Assembly: GCA_019244185.1 (NCBI GenBank)
Contig: JAFATB010000023.1
Location: 32,001-96,000, forward strand
Source: Acidobacteriota bacterium
Lineage (GTDB): Bacteria > Acidobacteriota > Thermoanaerobaculia > Gp7-AA8
Length of the DNA: 64,000 nucleotides
Reading direction: 5' to 3'
Below are positions 61,800 to 64,000 of this stretch, piece by piece. Every line of letters begins with the position of its first letter. Within the stretch, counting starts at the first letter, position 1. The notes below the pieces were generated by a model. It ran no database searches. It was not told the origin of the DNA and saw only the letters and a list, made by a program, of their open reading frames with translations. The position numbers and the translations under genes were made by a program.

Positions 61800-63974
61800 A
61801 TCGAGCAGTGCGAGTCGTTGGCGAATACGCAGCCCCGCGGCGCGCGGACTGAACTCCGCGCGGATCGTCTCGCGTGCACGCGCTCCGATGCGCGCGCGAA
61901 ACTCCGCGTCGTCGACGAGACGGCGCATGCAGTGCGCGGCGTGATCGACGTCCGGCTCCGCCCACCGTTGTCCCGCGGCGTACGGCCCGTGCGCGCGGTC
62001 GAGCGTCACGAGCTCGTACGCGACCGGACACGAGTTGCCGGCGTGCATGAAGTCCATGTTGCCGGACCACGCCGTCGCGATCACCGGCTTTCCGAGGTCC
62101 ATCGCTTCCGCGAGCGTCAGCCCGAAACTCTCCGCGCGATGCAGCGACACGACGGCGTCGCACGACGACAGCAGTCCATGCATCTGTGCGCGCGGCAGCT
62201 CGCGATCGACCCGGTAGACGTTCGCGATGCCGCGCACCGCCTCGGTTAAGTCCGTGTTCGTGGTCTTCACGAGCAGCGCAACGGAGTCGTCCTGCGGAAA
62301 CGCGCGGCGAAACGCCTCGATCGCGGCGAACGGATTCACGCGCTCGACGACGTCGTCAAAGTCGAACGTGCAGAGAAAGGTGAAGCGCCGCGGCGGGACG
62401 CCGAGGTCCTGCGGCGTGCACGGTTCGACGTCCGTCACGGCAACGCCGGGCGGCATGTGCACGACGGGAATCGCCACCTTGCGGCCGATCGCGCTCTGCA
62501 CGAACGCGCTCGGCGCCCAGATCTCGTCGAGCGCCTCCGCCGACGCGATCCACGTGTCGGGAAGCTCCGGCAGCTCCCAATGCCAGCCGCCGATCGTGTA
62601 CGCGCCGGAGCGGAACACGCGCGGCCGTTGCTCGCGGACGGCAGGCATGCGATCGCCGTTCACGTACACGAGCGTCGCGCGATAGCGCGGCTCGGCATCG
62701 CCGTCGATGAGCTGATGCGCGAGTCCGCCTTCGTCGCAGGCGCGTGCGACGAGCCGCGACTCCGGCGCGTCGCCGGCGATGTTCAGTCCCGTCGCGAGCG
62801 ATGTCTTTGCGTGCGTAGCCAGCGGCGCCCCTTCCTTGCGACCGAGGAGAAACTCGCGCGCGGACTTGCGCAGGGAGCGCGGCAGCAGCGTCACGAGCGG
62901 ACGCACGCTTGAGAGCGCGCGATAGGAGTAGAGCGCGGCCCGCGCCGCGACCGCGTTGCGCCGCGCGTCGCGATGTTCCGCGAAGAGCTCGGGATGCGCG
63001 AACGGATCGTCGCCGGCCGCGGCCTGCAGTTCGGGCGAGTGCCGGTAGGCGATGCGCGCGCGGTCGGGAATGCGCGTGCCGTCGACGAAGTGCGCGTAGC
63101 GATACGGCGCATCGCGGAACGTCTGCGCGCCCGCGGCGCGCAACGCGTCGCCGTAATCATCGATGAGCGGCGCGGCGTCGCCGGCGTGCGCGAGCAACTG
63201 CCGCGGATCGTTCTTCGAAACGTTTTCCGGACGCGCGGGATCGTAGCCGCTGAAGTGAAAGAAGCGCAGCGGCGCACCGTTCACCGTGATGTCGTCGCCG
63301 TGCCGTTCGATCGTGCGCTGCGCGAGATTCCAGTAGGCGACGTTGTAGCCATCGTGGCGGAGGACGGCGACACCGGGGAAGAGTCCGGGCACGAGGTCGA
63401 TCCACTTTTGATCGACGAAGAGGCCGCGCGCGACGTCGACGACGCACTGGTACTCGAGCTTCTCCTGCCACCACGCGAGAAACGGCGAGAGCTGCGGGCG
63501 CTGACGCGCGGCGAGAAACCCGAGGTTGTAGGCGCCGGCCTGCAGGATCGTGCGCTCGCTCGGATGCTCGTCATCGGTGCCGATCGAGCCGGTGAGATGC
63601 GGCGTGAGCGTGAGGAACGCCTCGTCATCCGTGCGATCGAGCTCGTCGAGCCGGCTGAAGAGGCGAACATCGGGATCGAAGTAGATGACGCGCTCGTAGC
63701 CGCGCGCGAACAGCTCGGCGAACATCCACGGTTTGACGGCTGTATTCAGCTCGAGGATCGTGTAGCGGAAGCAGAACTCGCGGCGCCGCGGCAGCGGCAG
63801 CACGTCGAGCGGCACGATCGTGAACGGCTCGCGCGCGTCGTCGGCCGTCACGTTGCCGCCGACGAGCAACACGAAGCGATCCCACTCCGGATGCTGCTCC
63901 GCGACCGACGCCATCAGCACGCGCGCGTAATGCCGATAGTTCGGCGAGACGATCGAGAACGCCGCGGTCTTCAT
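61791..63974 (-). CDS. Two-domain glycosyltransferase (GT-A N-domain + GT4-like C-domain)
   Basis: ELNTAVKP, YFDPD, DQKWID, YNVAYWNL; SLHRAESFGLTLAEAM. Confidence 0.88.
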   Translation of the reverse strand: MKTAAFSIVSPNYRHYARVLMASVAEQHPEWDRFVLLVGGNVTADDAREPFTIVPLDVLPLPRRREFCFRYTILELNTAVKPWMFAELFARGYERVIYFDPDVRLFSRLDELDRTDDEAFLTLTPHLTGSIGTDDEHPSERTILQAGAYNLGFLAARQRPQLSPFLAWWQEKLEYQCVVDVARGLFVDQKWIDLVPGLFPGVAVLRHDGYNVAYWNLAQRTIERHGDDITVNGAPLRFFHFSGYDPARPENVSKNDPRQLLAHAGDAAPLIDDYGDALRAAGAQTFRDAPYRYAHFVDGTRIPDRARIAYRHSPELQAAAGDDPFAHPELFAEHRDARRNAVAARAALYSYRALSSVRPLVTLLPRSLRKSAREFLLGRKEGAPLATHAKTSLATGLNIAGDAPESRLVARACDEGGLAHQLIDGDAEPRYRATLVYVNGDRMPAVREQRPRVFRSGAYTIGGWHWELPELPDTWIASAEALDEIWAPSAFVQSAIGRKVAIPVVHMPPGVAVTDVEPCTPQDLGVPPRRFTFLCTFDFDDVVERVNPFAAIEAFRRAFPQDDSVALLVKTTNTDLTEAVRGIANVYRVDRELPRAQMHGLLSSCDAVVSLHRAESFGLTLAEAMDLGKPVIATAWSGNMDFMHAGNSCPVAYELVTLDRAHGPYAAGQRWAEPDVDHAAHCMRRLVDDAEFRARIGARARETIRAEFSPRAAGLRIRQRLALLDLL

Positions 63975-64000
63975 CGGCCCGTTCCCGCCAGCGATGACGA

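Overview
Very GC-rich bacterial window. The gene content (ADOP-type ABC permease, kinase-TolB/PD40 protein, YfhO, TonB/ExbBD, C25 peptidase) suggests Acidobacteriota, possibly Thermoanaerobaculia; this is inference only. There are about 50 real CDSs, and most long ORFs in the supplied track are GC shadow frames. The most notable signal is a selenocysteine neighbourhood. It has a tRNA-Sec (selC, 5414-5508) and two genes the ORF caller truncated at an in-frame TGA in a redox motif: an ArsC/Spx-like protein (KPS-U-TSC) and an exported thioredoxin-TPR protein (WAPW-U-HTC). In both, a hairpin with a G-initiated loop starts exactly 29 nt after the UGA. Other observations: an orphan ~135-nt structured RNA with its own promoter and terminator (11190-11323); a ~180-bp inverted-repeat element abutting selC; a mazEF cassette between direct repeats; a ModA-ModB fusion; pervasive leaderless and bidirectional promoters; two sigma54 two-component operons with recognisable -24/-12 and UAS sites; and a Wzm/Wzt surface-glycan cluster. 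All calls come from reading motifs by eye. No database searches were run.
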